A DNA stretch of 64,000 nucleotides from an uncultured Solirubrobacterales bacterium (lineage in GTDB: Bacteria > Actinomycetota > Thermoleophilia > Solirubrobacterales > 70-9): positions 124,072-188,071 of the forward strand of contig CAWFET010000001.1 of assembly GCA_963815045.1 (NCBI GenBank), written 5' to 3'. The notes under the pieces were generated by a model, which saw only the letters and a list, made by a program, of their open reading frames with translations, did not search any database and was not told where the DNA came from. Shown here in pieces: positions 62,182 to 64,000 of this stretch (position 1 is the first letter of the stretch; every line of letters begins with the position of its first letter). Position numbers and translations under genes: made by a program.

Positions 62182-62892
62182 ATGACCGACCTCAACGGAC
62201 GTGTCATCGCCATCGCCGGGGCCGGCGGCGGCCTCGGGCCGATCGTCGCCCAGCGCCTCGCCGAGGCCGGCGCCAGCCTCTCCCTCGCCGACCGCAGCCA
62301 GGAGATCGCCGACGGCGTGGCCCACGACCTCGCCCTGCCCGAGGACCGCGTCCACCCCCACGCCGTCGACCTTCTCGACGAAGCAGCGGCCAACGACTGG
62401 GCATCCGAGATCGAGCGGCGCTTCGGCCACGTCGACGGCCTCATCCACCTCGTCGGCGGCTACCGCGGCGGCGACCCCATCCACAGCTTCGACCTGGCCG
62501 ACTACGAGTTCCTCCACGACCTCCTCGTCCGCACCCTCCAGCTCGCCACCCGCGCCTTCCACTCCGCCCTGACCCGAAGCGAGCACGGCCGCTTCGTCCT
62601 CGTCTCCTCCGCCGCGGCCCAGAACCCGGAGAGCACCAACGCCGCCTACGCCTCGGCCAAGGCGGCGGCCGAGGCCTGGACCCTCTCCCTCGCCGACTCC
62701 TTCGCCGACACACCGGCCACGGCGAACATCATCGTCGTCAATGCGATCGAGACTCCGGGGATGCGAGAGGACAGCCCCGAGACCGAGCGCCCCACCTTCA
62801 CCCCGGCCGAGGACATCGCCGAGGCCATCGCCTTTCTCTCCTCCGATTCGGCCGCCCGGATGAACGGCCAGCGCCTCTCCCTTCACCCCTGA
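62182..62892 (+). CDS. SDR family oxidoreductase
   Basis: RVIAIAGAGGGLGPIVAQRLAEAG..., YASAKAAAEAW (YxxxK). Confidence 0.85.
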   Translation: MTDLNGRVIAIAGAGGGLGPIVAQRLAEAGASLSLADRSQEIADGVAHDLALPEDRVHPHAVDLLDEAAANDWASEIERRFGHVDGLIHLVGGYRGGDPIHSFDLADYEFLHDLLVRTLQLATRAFHSALTRSEHGRFVLVSSAAAQNPESTNAAYASAKAAAEAWTLSLADSFADTPATANIIVVNAIETPGMREDSPETERPTFTPAEDIAEAIAFLSSDSAARMNGQRLSLHP

Positions 62893-62938
62893 GCCCCGGC
62901 TCAACCATCCGCCCGCTCTCGCTACAGTCCGCAACTTC

Positions 62939-63011
<73 letters not shown>

Positions 63012-63019
63012 TCATCACC

Positions 63020-64000
63020 TTGGTCGCCAATCGAACACCCACCACCACGGGGCGCACGCGAACGCGCCTGATCGCCCTGCTCGCGGCCTGCGCCGCCCTG
63101 ACCGCGCTCGCCCTGCCCGCGGCCGCCTCCGCCACCCGCGGACTCACCACCGGCTTCTCCGACGCAGACGAGTACCAGCTGGCCAACTCCTCGGACCGCA
63201 ACCTCTGGCTCGGCCGCACCGTGGACGCGGGAGCGGGCATCGTCCGCCTGGCCATCGAGTGGCCCGCCATCGCGCCCAACAAGCCGGTCGACCCGACCAA
63301 CCCGGACAGCGTCTCCTACGACTTCAGCTCAATCGACCCCGCCGTCACCGACGCCGAGGCCCACGGCCTCAAGGTCCTCCTCAGCATCAACCACGCCCCG
63401 ACCTGGGCCGAGGGCCCCAACCGCCCGGCAGACGCCCAGACGGGAACCTGGCAGCCCAACCCCTCCGACCTTGCGGACTTCGCGCAGGCGGTGGCCGCCC
63501 GCTACTCCGGCACCCACGCCGGCCTCCCCGCGGCCCAGGCGATCGAGGTCTGGGACGAGCCCAACTCGGGCGACTGGCTCACCCCCCAGTTCACCGGCAA
63601 GAGCTTCACCGGCGCCGACCACTACCGCGAGATGCTCAACGCCGCCTACGCGTCGATCAAGTCGGTCAACCCGAAGGTCGACGTCGTTGTCGGCGGCACC
63701 GACCCCTACGGCGACCCGCCCGGCGGCCCCTACCCGGCGAGCGGCGCCCGCTCCCGCCCGGTCCAGTTCTGGCAGCACGTTCTCTGCGTCAAGCCCGTCA
63801 AGACCAAGAAGAAGAAGAAGGGCAAGAAGCCGGCGAAGGTCAAGTACGTCCGCACCGCGGGCTGCAACGGCCCGGTCAACTTCGACGTCTTCGCCCACCA
63901 CCCGATCGACAACACCGGCGGCGGCCCCCTCAAGTCGGGCCCCAGCCAGTACGACGCCTCGACCCCCGACCTCGGCCGCGTCGTGAGCGTCCTCCGCGGC
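63020..64000 (+). CDS. Secreted glycoside hydrolase-like protein (clan GH-A TIM-barrel-like), 3' end outside the window
   Basis: Absent from the track because it is open at the window end. Own translation from TTG 63020: signal-like RTRTRLIALLAACAALTALALPAAASA, then GIVRLAIEWP...GLKVLLSINHAPTWA...AIEVWDEPN (NEP-like acid/base motif). The start is only 8 nt after tRNA-Thr, so it is uncertain. Confidence 0.6.
   Translation, partial: MVANRTPTTTGRTRTRLIALLAACAALTALALPAAASATRGLTTGFSDADEYQLANSSDRNLWLGRTVDAGAGIVRLAIEWPAIAPNKPVDPTNPDSVSYDFSSIDPAVTDAEAHGLKVLLSINHAPTWAEGPNRPADAQTGTWQPNPSDLADFAQAVAARYSGTHAGLPAAQAIEVWDEPNSGDWLTPQFTGKSFTGADHYREMLNAAYASIKSVNPKVDVVVGGTDPYGDPPGGPYPASGARSRPVQFWQHVLCVKPVKTKKKKKGKKPAKVKYVRTAGCNGPVNFDVFAHHPIDNTGGGPLKSGPSQYDASTPDLGRVVSVLRG

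Overview
This is a roughly 70% GC window with actinobacterial-type coding style: Arg/Ala/Gly-rich proteins, many ATGA/GTGA coupled stop-start overlaps, and long spurious antisense ORFs. A Thermoleophilia/Solirubrobacterales-like origin is only a guess. The window has three parts.

(1) 1-6.9 kb holds two secreted serine proteases (S8 and S1) and a compact RiPP-like cluster that I could not match to any described class. Three tandem 43-44 aa precursor-like genes lie directly upstream of a radical SAM enzyme with a fused C-terminal PqqD/RRE domain. Beside them are a stand-alone PqqD chaperone, an HPr-kinase-like P-loop kinase and an NTP_transf_5-type nucleotidyltransferase.

(2) 7-56 kb is a very large cell-surface glycan locus of about 49 kb. 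It contains about 20 glycosyltransferases (GT2, GT4, CgeB-like), 7 methyltransferase-like genes and a Wzm/Wzt ABC exporter. It also has two divergent GDP-mannose dehydratases, Fcl, an orphan RmlC, a WecD/WecE/FemAB/ArnC-like aminosugar module and three very large polytopic membrane proteins. One glycosyltransferase there is frameshifted.

(3) 56-64 kb is housekeeping: UDG, pgsA, folE2, rpoD, an ABC-2 transporter, an SDR and a partial secreted glycoside hydrolase. It also carries tRNA-Tyr and tRNA-Thr; tRNA-Tyr lies between a PD-(D/E)XK endonuclease gene broken by a 5-bp tandem duplication and a small AbrB-like ORF.

All functional calls rest on motifs read by eye from the translations. No searches were run.
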